Source: Phycisphaerales bacterium (GTDB lineage: Bacteria; Planctomycetota; Phycisphaerae; Phycisphaerales; JAGLTS01). Taken from it: a DNA stretch of 64,000 bases. The position numbers and the translations under genes were made by a program. The stretch spans positions 19,462 to 83,461 of the forward strand of contig JAGLTS010000013.1 of assembly GCA_023135165.1 (NCBI GenBank), given 5' to 3'. The notes under the pieces are model-generated. The model did not search any database. It was not told where the DNA came from and saw only the letters and a program-made list of their open reading frames with translations. This document shows, one piece after another, positions 22,986 through 31,768 of the stretch (position 1 is its first letter; the number at the start of each line of letters is the position of its first letter).

Positions 22986-24260
22986 GTGCGCGGCAGCCTG
23001 TCACAGCGCCGGTGGTGGGGTGGAGCGGCGGTCGTCGCGCTCGTGTACATAGTGCTCGTCGGCGCGGTGATGGCGCTGACGTGGGGCTGGACGGACCGCA
23101 CACCGGATTGGCCGATCGCGTCATACGATGAAAAAATGTACCACAGGCCGGTGATTGAGCAGTTCGCACAGCAGTGGCCCGCGGTAGATCTGCGGGACTA
23201 CGCGTCGGCGACGACGCCGGGATATCACCTGCTCGCCGCGGCGGTGTGGCGTCACACCAACCCGGCGACGGTGCGCGTGGTGAGCGGGCTTGCATGCGTA
23301 CTTGCGCCGTTGTTGTTGTATGGGTTTGTGTCGCGCCGCCTCGGGCCAGGACCAGGCGCACTGATCACATGCACGGTCTGTTTGTGCAACTACGTGATCG
23401 GATCGGCTGCGTTTCTCACGACAGACAGCTTCAGCTTGATCTTCGTGATCGTCGCGCTCGGGGCGATGCTGCGCGCGCTGGACGGGGCGGGTCGGCGGTG
23501 GCTGGTCATCGCGGCTGCGGCGGTCATCGCCGTCGTGCTCGTCCGGCAGATTCAGGTGTGGTTGTGCGGGCCGCTTCTTGTCACGGCGTGGCTGTGTCGA
23601 AAACACGATCGTGCGAGCCTGCCGATCGGCATGGCGGGTTGCGCAGCGGCGGGAGCTGCGGTCGCATACTTCCTGTGGCTGTGGGGCGGGCTGACACCAC
23701 CCAGCTTCGCGGCGCAGCACGGCGGCGGATGGAACTTCGCGGCGATTCCATACATCCTCTCGCTCTTCGGACTGCTCGGGATCTGCTACATCGGGTTCCT
23801 CGCGCCGAGCCGATATGACAAGTCGGCTCTTCTCATCGGCGCTGCTGCGGGACTTGTCATTGCGCTTGTGTTCGTGACTGCGCCGAGCGAGCCGGCGGGT
23901 CGCTGGGCCGGTGTGATCTGGCTCGCGGCGGACAAGCTGCCGGTAATCGCCGGGCGGTCGGTGGTGTTCATCGTGCTGTGCCCGTTGGGCGGCGCAGCGG
24001 TGGCGCTGTGGGCATCGCGCACGTGGGACCGGGGCGGCGGGGTTCTGCTCTTGTCGCTGCTCGCATTCACCATCGCGCACACCGCCAACGCGCAAGCATG
24101 GCAGCGGTACTACGAACCGTTCCTCTTGATCCTCTGCGCCCTGCTCGCATCGCGCAGCGACGTGCGCCGGGCTTGGGCAATGCTCGGCATCGCCGTGCTC
24201 CTCATCGGGCTGGGCGTGGTGACAGCGGTGAAGGTGTACGTGCCGATTGCGGGTGGTTGA
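22986..24260 (+). CDS. Polytopic GT-C type glycosyltransferase, ALG10/DIE2-like
   Basis: First external loop YDEKMYH...ATTPGYHLL, LTTD, VRQ, QRYY; many TM helices. Confidence 0.6.
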   Translation: MRGSLSQRRWWGGAAVVALVYIVLVGAVMALTWGWTDRTPDWPIASYDEKMYHRPVIEQFAQQWPAVDLRDYASATTPGYHLLAAAVWRHTNPATVRVVSGLACVLAPLLLYGFVSRRLGPGPGALITCTVCLCNYVIGSAAFLTTDSFSLIFVIVALGAMLRALDGAGRRWLVIAAAAVIAVVLVRQIQVWLCGPLLVTAWLCRKHDRASLPIGMAGCAAAGAAVAYFLWLWGGLTPPSFAAQHGGGWNFAAIPYILSLFGLLGICYIGFLAPSRYDKSALLIGAAAGLVIALVFVTAPSEPAGRWAGVIWLAADKLPVIAGRSVVFIVLCPLGGAAVALWASRTWDRGGGVLLLSLLAFTIAHTANAQAWQRYYEPFLLILCALLASRSDVRRAWAMLGIAVLLIGLGVVTAVKVYVPIAGG

Positions 24261-24275
24261 TGTGTGCGGGGGTCG

Positions 24276-24749
24276 TCAGGGCATCTGGATTCCGCCGGTC
24301 GGCGGCTGCGGGCTGGTCCCCGCCGGAGCACCTTGTGCGGGCATCGATGCGATGTGCTGGCTGATCTCGACGTACCGGTTGCGCAGCTCGTAGATGATCG
24401 TGGCGAGGTCCTTGGCCTCATCGTCCGTGAGGCTGCCCTTGCACTTGTCTTCGAGCACGGCGAGCAGGTCGATGTGGTGCCGTGCCAACTCAAGGCTGAC
24501 AACAGCCTGACCCGTCTGTGGATCGGGGATACCGCCGAGGTAGAGCATCGCGGGCGTGACGAGCGTACTCATCAGTGTCTTGAAGTCAGCGGGAGGCAGT
24601 TCGCCCGGGCCGAGCTTCGCGCCAGTTGCGTCGCCGCCCTGGACCTTGGCATGGCGCTCCTTCTCGGCCATCTTGGACTTCTCCTGCTCAACCTCGGCCT
24701 TCCAGTCGGAGTCGATGTGCAGCTTCGGGCCTTCGTTCTGTTCTGCCAC
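24276..24749 (-). CDS. DUF1844 domain protein
   Basis: LHIDSDWKAEV, LPPADFKTL, ARHHIDLLAVLEDKCKGSL, YELRNRYV. Confidence 0.8.
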   Translation of the reverse strand: MAEQNEGPKLHIDSDWKAEVEQEKSKMAEKERHAKVQGGDATGAKLGPGELPPADFKTLMSTLVTPAMLYLGGIPDPQTGQAVVSLELARHHIDLLAVLEDKCKGSLTDDEAKDLATIIYELRNRYVEISQHIASMPAQGAPAGTSPQPPTGGIQMP

Positions 24750-24857
24750 TGGGGGGTCCTTTCGAGCGTGTATGTCCGGGCCAGCGTCGTCGTCGCAGCG
24801 CCAGCGTGACCACACTATAGGGGACAACGCGACGCAGCGGCGGCTGGATCGGGCACG

Positions 24858-24946
24858 GCTGAGGTCTATACACAACTCCGCCGCGGGGTTCGGATTGGTC
24901 GGGCTTGACGGTGAAGCGAGCCGCGGCGTCCCCGCCAGCGGTCCCC
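24858..24946 (+). repeat. Direct repeat copy 1 (partner at 27525-27600)
   Basis: GCTGAGGTCTATACACAACTCCGCC (25/25 identical) ...GGGGTTCGGA... AAGCGAGCCGCGGCGTCCYCGCCAGCGGTCCCC (32/33). Confidence 0.9.
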
Positions 24947-25042
24947 CACACAGGCGAGCAACTCGCATCAGAGGGGCGGTGTGACCGCCTCGGGAAACGT
25001 GTATGAGGGCTGGATCGGGTACGGTGTGGTTGGGAGGTTGCT

Positions 25043-25894
25043 GTGTACTGCCGAGCGTGCGGGTACGCACTGTGGAGCATTTCTCCAGGCCGATGTCCCG
25101 AGTGCGGCGAGCCGTTCGCGCCGACGCAGTTCTCGTTTCGGCCGGGCGTGGTGAAGTTTCTCTGCCCACACTGCAAGCAGGCGTATGCCGGCACCGACCC
25201 GTTCGGGTTGCCCGCGCCGAGTCACTTCATGTGTGCCCGTTGCGGCAAGCCGGTGTCGGCGGATTGCATGATCGCGCTTCCGGGCGATGGCATTCCAGAA
25301 GAGGCCACCATCGCGCGGGATGCCCTGTGGCCCGATCGCAAGCGCATCGGACGACGGCGGGCCTTTTTCACGACCGTCGCGTGCGCCATGGTTCAGCCGG
25401 AGCGATTCGAAGGCGATCGCCTGCGGCGCGGTGATGTGGGTGAAGCCATCGGGTTTGCGAGCCTCGTTTCGCTGGGTGCGATTGTGCCGAACGCCCTGCT
25501 TCTCTTCCTGGCCGAAGCAATGATGAGCGGGTTGTCCGCGTGGCTCGCGCTCCGGCTCGTCGGCGTGTGCGTTGGGTTTGCCATCGCGTATCCGGTGATC
25601 GTGGTGAGTGTCTGGGCAATCGTGACGCATCTGCTGCTCAAGGTGATCGGTCGGCCGACCGAAGGGTTCAGCGCCACATACCGGGCGATGCTGTACGGGC
25701 AGGGCGCATTGTTGGTTGCGGCGATTCCCGTGATGGGATGGGTTCTCGCCGCGACGTGGGTACTGGCCGCCTCCACCTTTGCGGTGAGTGCGGCTCAGCG
25801 AGTGGGCGCAGCCCGCGCGGCGCCGGCTGTACTGGCGCTGCCGGGACTGCTGATTGCGGGGATCGTGGTGGTCTTCGTGCTCTCGGTGATGTGA
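25043..25894 (+). CDS. Multi-zinc-ribbon, YIP1-like membrane protein (paralog A)
   Basis: Four CxxC pairs (CRAC, CPEC, CPHC, CARC), then about five TM helices with FSATYRAMLYGQG. Confidence 0.75.
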   Translation: MYCRACGYALWSISPGRCPECGEPFAPTQFSFRPGVVKFLCPHCKQAYAGTDPFGLPAPSHFMCARCGKPVSADCMIALPGDGIPEEATIARDALWPDRKRIGRRRAFFTTVACAMVQPERFEGDRLRRGDVGEAIGFASLVSLGAIVPNALLLFLAEAMMSGLSAWLALRLVGVCVGFAIAYPVIVVSVWAIVTHLLLKVIGRPTEGFSATYRAMLYGQGALLVAAIPVMGWVLAATWVLAASTFAVSAAQRVGAARAAPAVLALPGLLIAGIVVVFVLSVM

Positions 25895-26015
25895 ACATCA
25901 TCCGCCGGTGCGCGGCCACTGCGGTTCCGTCGCGTCCACAGCGATGCCTCGCAAGTGGGGGTGACGTTCGCCGAAGAAATGGTTGATCGAGTAGGGTGTC
26001 ATTGCGGGAGGTGCG

Positions 26016-27479
26016 TTGATGCAGTGTCGCGACTGCGGCTATTCATTGTGGAACATCCCGCCGGGACGGTGCCCGGAGTGCGGCAAGGCGTTCGCGCCGA
26101 CGGGTTTTACGTTTCGTCTCCGGGCGGTGAAGTTCCTCTGCCCGAACTGCAGGCAGGAGTACTACGGCACGGACTTGCAGGGGCTGCCCGTCCCGCGATC
26201 GTTCATGTGCGTGAACTGCGGCGAGCCCGTCGAGGCGGACCAGATGATCGTGCTGCCGGCTGAAGGGGTGTCGGAGCGGATGGCATTGGCGGAGGCGGCG
26301 CCCTGGCGGATGCGGACAAACATCGGGTTGTGGAAGGCGTTCTGGAAGACGGTCGGCCGGTCCCTGACGCGCCCGGCGTCGGTCGTGCGGTGGTTACCCC
26401 CAGAAGGCGGGCTTGCCGAGGCGCTCGGCTTCGCGTGTCTGGCCGGGTTGTTCGTCACGCTGGTCGGGACGCTCCTTGTCGCGGCGGTCCTTCTGCCGAT
26501 CGGTTTCTTCACAGGGGGCGGTCGGGGCATGCTCTCGCCGCTCTTGTTCCTTTCATCCGGCTGCGTGGGCGCTTCGATCGTGTATCTGGTCGTCGGCGTC
26601 GCGCTGTGGGCGGTGCTTGCCCATCTGGTGCTTCTTGTCACGGGCAAGCGAGCGGGCGGATTCCGACTGACGTATCGCACAATGCTGTACGCGCAGGGGC
26701 CGATCGTCTTCGTGCTGATCCCTTCGTGTGGTTCGTACATCGCCGGCGCATGGATGACTGTGAGCTGCGCTCTGATGCTGCGAGAAAGTCAAGGCGTGCA
26801 CGGCGCTCGCGCGACGGCTGCGGCGCTGACGCTGCCCGTGTTGGCGATCATCGCGTACGCGGCCTTTATCATCACCGCTGTGACGATCGCATCCACCGTG
26901 AGCACGATGTCGGTTTCCGGACCGACGATGCCCTTATCGTCCGTGGCGGGCTTCGGACAGGGCCCGGCAGGGGCAATCACAGCGGCGGCGTCACCGGATG
27001 ACGGTTCCGGGCCCGACCATGTGCTGCGGCTCGTGGCGGACGGCTCGTTGTCCGTCGATGATCTCACGGACCCGTGGGCAGGCCCGCCAGCGACGAGCAT
27101 CTTGATCGGCGAGCAAACGCTCGCGAGCATCGGCCTCCAACCGCCCGGGGAGATCGATCAGTTGGCGAATGCGCTCGCCGCCGAGCGCGATGAGGCGGCA
27201 TCGTGGTATATCTTCGTGGGCACCGTCTTCTGCTACGACGGACTGGACCTGCGCACCACGCCCCCCGACGGCCACAGCGATGTGCTGGGATACATACTGG
27301 GCGGCAGCGGTAACGAAGGACCGGGGCAGCCCCGTAAGTACACTGTCTGGTTCGCGGACGGCTCATGGCAGCGGATCTCGCGGAGCGAGATAAGTAATCT
27401 GATCGCACGAGAAAACGAACACCGCGCCTCGCGCGGCGTACCGGCCATCCCGCTGCCTGAAGAAGCTGTTGCCCAATAG
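26016..27479 (+). CDS. Multi-zinc-ribbon, YIP1-like membrane protein (paralog B) with a C-terminal extracytoplasmic domain
   Basis: N-terminus colinear with paralog A (CRDCGYSLW..PGRCPECG..FAPT); tail contains VWFADGS, resembling the H-X9-DG motif. Confidence 0.75.
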   Translation: MMQCRDCGYSLWNIPPGRCPECGKAFAPTGFTFRLRAVKFLCPNCRQEYYGTDLQGLPVPRSFMCVNCGEPVEADQMIVLPAEGVSERMALAEAAPWRMRTNIGLWKAFWKTVGRSLTRPASVVRWLPPEGGLAEALGFACLAGLFVTLVGTLLVAAVLLPIGFFTGGGRGMLSPLLFLSSGCVGASIVYLVVGVALWAVLAHLVLLVTGKRAGGFRLTYRTMLYAQGPIVFVLIPSCGSYIAGAWMTVSCALMLRESQGVHGARATAAALTLPVLAIIAYAAFIITAVTIASTVSTMSVSGPTMPLSSVAGFGQGPAGAITAAASPDDGSGPDHVLRLVADGSLSVDDLTDPWAGPPATSILIGEQTLASIGLQPPGEIDQLANALAAERDEAASWYIFVGTVFCYDGLDLRTTPPDGHSDVLGYILGGSGNEGPGQPRKYTVWFADGSWQRISRSEISNLIARENEHRASRGVPAIPLPEEAVAQ

Positions 27480-27524
27480 GCAGCATCGCACGATTCGGCA
27501 ACGAACGGAACCGGGCGATCCCCC

Positions 27525-27600
27525 GCTGAGGTCTATACACAACTCCGCCCTGGGGTTCGGACTAGCAAAGCGAGCCGCGGCGTCCTCGCCAGCGGTCCCC
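27525..27600 (+). repeat. Direct repeat copy 2 (partner at 24858-24946)
   Basis: Same conserved blocks with a shorter spacer; enclosed by a CGCTGAG...CTCAGCG inverted pair. Confidence 0.9.
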
Positions 27601-27650
27601 GCTCAGCGTGCGTGATATGTACGCGAGGCGCCGATCACACGACGACCGGC

Positions 27651-29075
27651 TCATCCGTTCCGTGGAATCACACGATCTGATGGGCCGAGCGTGTCCGCCA
27701 CCTTCGTATTGAACTCCTCGTAGCCCGGCCGACCCATCAGGCCGAACGTCGCCTGCTTGCCGAGTTCGACAGCAGGTTGATCGTATGCGTTGATGTTCAG
27801 CATCAACCCGGCGTAGCTCGTCGCGATCTCCCACAGGGCGATGAACTGGCCGACGTAGTACGCATCGAGCGTCGGGAACGTGATCGTGAAGTTCGGTCGC
27901 TTGCTCTCGACAAGCGCATACTCCGTCGCGCGTTTCTCAGCGGCGAGCAGCGTCGTGAATGAAACGCCTTGCAGGTACTTCAGGTTCTCAACATCCAGGC
28001 CGGTCGGAATCGTGAGATCGCGCGGGAGCTTCCGCACGTCAACAAAGCCGATGACCTTGTCGTTCGGCCCTTCACGGTAGAGCTGGACCTGTGAGTGCTG
28101 ATCCGTCGTGCCCAGCGCCTTGATGGGCGTCGCGCCCGCGAAGACTTCGTTGCCTTGTCGATCGACCTGTTTTCCAAGCGATTCCGCCCAGATTTGGCGA
28201 TACCAGTCGGCGAGGCTGTAGAGCGCGTTGCAGTACGGCATGAGCACGTGATTCGGTTTGCCTCGCTTGGTGAACTCGATCAGGAGAAACGCGAGCATGG
28301 CGGCGGGGTTGCTCGTCATGTCCCGGCGCGAGCACGGCGCATCCATGGATGCAGCCCCGTCGAGCAGCGCTTCGATGTCAATGCCGCACATCGCGGCGCT
28401 GAAGAGACCGACGGGTGAGAGCACGCTGAATCGCCCGCCCACGCCGTCCGGCACGGGGAGGTTGCGGTATCCCTCCGCATCGACGATCGATCGCATCGTG
28501 CCTCGGCTCGGGTCGGTGATCGCGATGATGTTGCGGTGGGCGTTGTCGCCGAGGCTGTTGATGAGAACGTCGCGCATGGTGATGAACTGCGCCGCGGTTT
28601 CCGCCGTCTCGCCTGACTTGCTGATGACGTTGACGAGCGTGCGCGACAGGCCGGGATCGACGGTCTCAGCGAAATCAAGGATGTCGCCCAGGAGCATGGG
28701 ATCGACGTTGTCCACGACGAAGAGGCGAGGACCGGGCCTGATGCCGTCGGGAAGCAGGTTGTATGTCACCGGGTTCAGCGCGTTCTGCAAGGCGATGTTG
28801 CCGAGTGCGGAGCCGCCGATCCCCAGGACGATGAGCGTGTCGTACGTGCCTGCGCAGTCGTCGACGAGCCGGCGAATCGCCTTGGTGTGCGCACTGCGGG
28901 CAGGGTCGAACGGCAAGTCGCGGTAGGCGGTCTCGCCCGCTGCGCGCATAGCGTCAAGCTCTTCACCGTGCTCGGCGACGGCGGAGAGGGATGCTTCAAG
29001 ATGCGCCGGGTCGAGGCCTTCATCACCGATGCGGTCGGACAGGCAGTTGGCGTAGTCAAGAACGAGGTCGGGCAT
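27651..29075 (-). CDS. pgi: Glucose-6-phosphate isomerase
   Basis: LGIGGSALG, ISKSGETAET, VGGRFSVLS, QIWAESLGK, DQHSQVQ, DQPAVELGK. Confidence 0.95.
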   Translation of the reverse strand: MPDLVLDYANCLSDRIGDEGLDPAHLEASLSAVAEHGEELDAMRAAGETAYRDLPFDPARSAHTKAIRRLVDDCAGTYDTLIVLGIGGSALGNIALQNALNPVTYNLLPDGIRPGPRLFVVDNVDPMLLGDILDFAETVDPGLSRTLVNVISKSGETAETAAQFITMRDVLINSLGDNAHRNIIAITDPSRGTMRSIVDAEGYRNLPVPDGVGGRFSVLSPVGLFSAAMCGIDIEALLDGAASMDAPCSRRDMTSNPAAMLAFLLIEFTKRGKPNHVLMPYCNALYSLADWYRQIWAESLGKQVDRQGNEVFAGATPIKALGTTDQHSQVQLYREGPNDKVIGFVDVRKLPRDLTIPTGLDVENLKYLQGVSFTTLLAAEKRATEYALVESKRPNFTITFPTLDAYYVGQFIALWEIATSYAGLMLNINAYDQPAVELGKQATFGLMGRPGYEEFNTKVADTLGPSDRVIPRNG

Positions 29076-29157
29076 GGCATGACTCCGGGATGTGGGTTGC
29101 TGCTGGGGTGAGTTGCCGTCACGGGTCCGCGCTGAGACTGGTTTGGAGTAGGATACC

Positions 29158-29739
29158 GTGATGCCCGGCGACATCGAAAATGACATCGACCGCGTGCTCA
29201 TTGATCGAGACCGCATCGCCGCCCGCGTCGCGGAGCTTGGTCGTCAGATCGCAGCCGACCTGGAGCGTGACACGAAGCGTCACCCGAGTGACGAGCACGC
29301 CGGGGAGATCGTGCTGGTTCCAATCCTGACCGGGTCTATCATCTTCCTGGCGGACCTGATCCGGAGCATGCCGCTGAAGATGCAGATCCGCGTGATTTCG
29401 GTGAGCAGCTATGCGGGGCGAACGACACAGAGCCGGGGCGCGCAGCTCGCCGGTGAGTTGCCGCCGGACATCGAGGGTTCGCATGTCTTGATCGTTGATG
29501 ACATCCTCGATTCCGGACGGACGATTCGGCTGGTGCGAAAGCTGATCGCTGAGCGCAAGCCTGCGACCCTGCGGACGTGCGTTCTGCTTCGCAAGGAGAT
29601 CCCCGAGGCTATGGCGACGCCTTGCGACTACGTCGGGTTTGACGTTCCCAACGAGTTCATCGTGGGGGCGGGGCTGGACTACAACGGGTACTACCGGAAT
29701 CTGCCGGACCTTGTGACGCTTCGGCCGGAGGCGATGTGA
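29158..29739 (+). CDS. hpt: Hypoxanthine phosphoribosyltransferase
   Basis: ILTGSIIFLADL, VSSY, VLIVDDILDSGRT, FIVGAGLDY...RNLP. Confidence 0.93.
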   Translation: MMPGDIENDIDRVLIDRDRIAARVAELGRQIAADLERDTKRHPSDEHAGEIVLVPILTGSIIFLADLIRSMPLKMQIRVISVSSYAGRTTQSRGAQLAGELPPDIEGSHVLIVDDILDSGRTIRLVRKLIAERKPATLRTCVLLRKEIPEAMATPCDYVGFDVPNEFIVGAGLDYNGYYRNLPDLVTLRPEAM

Positions 29740-30341
29740 GCGTTCACGGTGACAAGGCGTGCTCTCGCGGTGCGGCCGATCCCTCACTGTCGAGCGAGGC
29801 AACGTCGGTTGCTGAGAGGCACGAGGCCCGGACGCTGCCCGCGCGTCTGCTCGACGACGGCGAACTCGTCATCCTGATGCTTCGGCCTCACCCGCTGTTT
29901 GTCCTCCTGCACCCGCTAGGTAGCCTCACCGGGCTGGCTGTCCTCACCGTGGTCGCCTGGTGGATCATCCGCCTCAGCCCAACCGGCCCGGGCGGCGGGC
30001 TGATGCTCACGGTCGGCGGGTCGCTCATTCTGCTTCGGCTCATCTGGTCCTGTCTGGAGTGGTACAACCGCGTCTACGTGCTCACCGATCGGCGCGTCAT
30101 CAGGCGGCGCGGTGTGCTGCGGGTCAGCCTCTTTCAGGCCCCGCTTCGCCGCATCCAGCACCTGACGATGTACTTCTCAATCCGTGAACGGCTCTTTGGC
30201 ATCGGCACGATCGGCTTCGCCACGGCGGGGACGGGCATCCCCGAAGCGTACTGGGTCATGGTTCGCCAGCCGCTCACCGTCCACCGCAGGATTCAGGAGA
30301 CGATCGACAAGTACGCTGGCCATGTCGGCGATGCATCGTGA
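29736..30341 (+). CDS. Bacterial PH-domain (bPH_2-like) membrane protein
   Basis: Two TM helices, then YVLTDRRVIRRRGVL...ERLFGIGTIGFATAG. Confidence 0.8.
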   Translation: MSVHGDKACSRGAADPSLSSEATSVAERHEARTLPARLLDDGELVILMLRPHPLFVLLHPLGSLTGLAVLTVVAWWIIRLSPTGPGGGLMLTVGGSLILLRLIWSCLEWYNRVYVLTDRRVIRRRGVLRVSLFQAPLRRIQHLTMYFSIRERLFGIGTIGFATAGTGIPEAYWVMVRQPLTVHRRIQETIDKYAGHVGDAS

Positions 30342-30584
30342 CACGTGCGATGTGAGATCCGACGCCTCGACCTGCCCGATCGCCGGCGTCGCCCGCAACC
30401 GGCGTGCGATGCGAAGCGTCGCGGGATCATCTACCATGATGAGAGCGGCAGTTGGATCGGCGCAGCGGTTCGGTGGAACGCGCACAGCCGGCGTGTCTCC
30501 GTGAACCGGGGCGTTGCCAAGTTGTTGTGTGAGAGAGGGCATCGGGCTGCGCCCGTGCCCGGGCGGGGGTTGCTGGGAAGACCG

Positions 30585-31535
30585 ATGTCGTTGAATAGTG
30601 CGTCGAATTCGCGGATTCCGCAGGCCCTGTTGGGCGATGTGCCGTGCGTGCGATGCCGATACTCGCTGAAGGGTCTGTCGATCATCGGGGCGTGTCCGGA
30701 GTGTGGGACGCCGATCGGGACGACGATTCTCTTCACGGTGGACCCGCAGGCGCCACAGCTCCGACCGATGCGGCACCCCCGGCTGATGGGGGCTGCGGTG
30801 CTCCTTGCCTCGCTCTGTGGGTTGCTCTCCGCGCTGTTGCTGGTGACCCCCTCGGTGGCGGATGGCCTGCACGAGCTTCTCGGTTGGTTCACCGAGCCGA
30901 GCCTGCGCGCGATTCGCCGTCAGATGCCGTCGCTGGCCGTGATTCCGCTGCTGATCACACTCGTGTCGTGCTTGGTCATGTACCGCCCGGTGGTGGGGAC
31001 GCCGATGAACTGCCGTGTGGGCGTGCTCGGCTCAATCATCGGGTTTCTGCTGGTGATCGCATCGCTCTTGCTTCTGCAGTGGTTTGACGTTCAGCTCGGC
31101 CTGCGCGGGGCGTTCCACAAGGTGTCGCCGTACGATCGGCCGGATGAGATCACGCGGGCGCTGGTGCGCATCGTGTTCGACATCGGGCTCGTGACGATCT
31201 TCGTGCTGATTCGACCGTCGGCTCGGCTGCTCGTGTACCGCTCGCTGGCGCTGCGGATGGGGCGTGTCGGCCGACAGGCGCTGTACCCGATGGCAGCGGC
31301 AGCGGGGGCAGCAGCGATCGGGGATCTGCTGCGATACCTCGCGCTGCGGATGACTTCAGAGTTGGATATCGGGTCGTCGCCGCTTCAACTCATCGGCGAC
31401 ATCACTGTCTGGGTGAGTTGCAGCTTCATCGTGCTCGGCCTCCTGCGCTCGGTGGTTGATGGGTGGCACATCCGCCGTTCGCTTGTGGCGCCGAGCCCAT
31501 CGCTTGATGACCTGCTCGCGTTTCGACGGTCGTGA
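30585..31535 (+). CDS. Zinc-ribbon (CxxCxYxLxGL..CPECG) membrane protein
   Basis: PCVRCRYSLKGLSIIGACPECG followed by about six TM helices. Confidence 0.75.
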   Translation: MSLNSASNSRIPQALLGDVPCVRCRYSLKGLSIIGACPECGTPIGTTILFTVDPQAPQLRPMRHPRLMGAAVLLASLCGLLSALLLVTPSVADGLHELLGWFTEPSLRAIRRQMPSLAVIPLLITLVSCLVMYRPVVGTPMNCRVGVLGSIIGFLLVIASLLLLQWFDVQLGLRGAFHKVSPYDRPDEITRALVRIVFDIGLVTIFVLIRPSARLLVYRSLALRMGRVGRQALYPMAAAAGAAAIGDLLRYLALRMTSELDIGSSPLQLIGDITVWVSCSFIVLGLLRSVVDGWHIRRSLVAPSPSLDDLLAFRRS

Positions 31536-31550
31536 CTGCCAGCATGGCAG
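31536..31550. promoter_or_regulatory. Palindromic candidate upstream activator site of the chaperone operon
   Basis: CTGCCA-GCA-TGGCAG about 105 bp upstream of the -24/-12 element. Confidence 0.5.
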
Positions 31551-31654
31551 GCGGCAGAGGTCGACGGGGCGATCCTGTCAGATCCCAACAGGGCGCTTGT
31601 TTGTGTAACATCTTGTTGAATAGGTGTTTACAGTCATACCGGGGGTGTCGCGGC

Positions 31655-31671
31655 TTGGCATCGCTGTTGCC
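31655..31671 (+). promoter_or_regulatory. sigma54 (RpoN) -24/-12 promoter upstream of groEL
   Basis: TTGGCATCGCTGTTGCC matches TGGCA-N6-TTGC with exact GG-N10-GC spacing. Confidence 0.7.
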
Positions 31672-31768
31672 ATGACCGGGATGGCGAGGCGACCGTCTGC
31701 CAGGCGGTCTCCCGCGTCACTTCTTCCTGGAACGTCCATACACCCGCTGAGAAGTGGAGACCTGATTC

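Noticed and set aside
24858-27600. Riboswitch or integron attC interpretation of the direct repeat
   Set aside because: No recognisable riboswitch core, no RYYYAAC/GTTRRRY box pair, no integrase, and one copy lies between convergent genes
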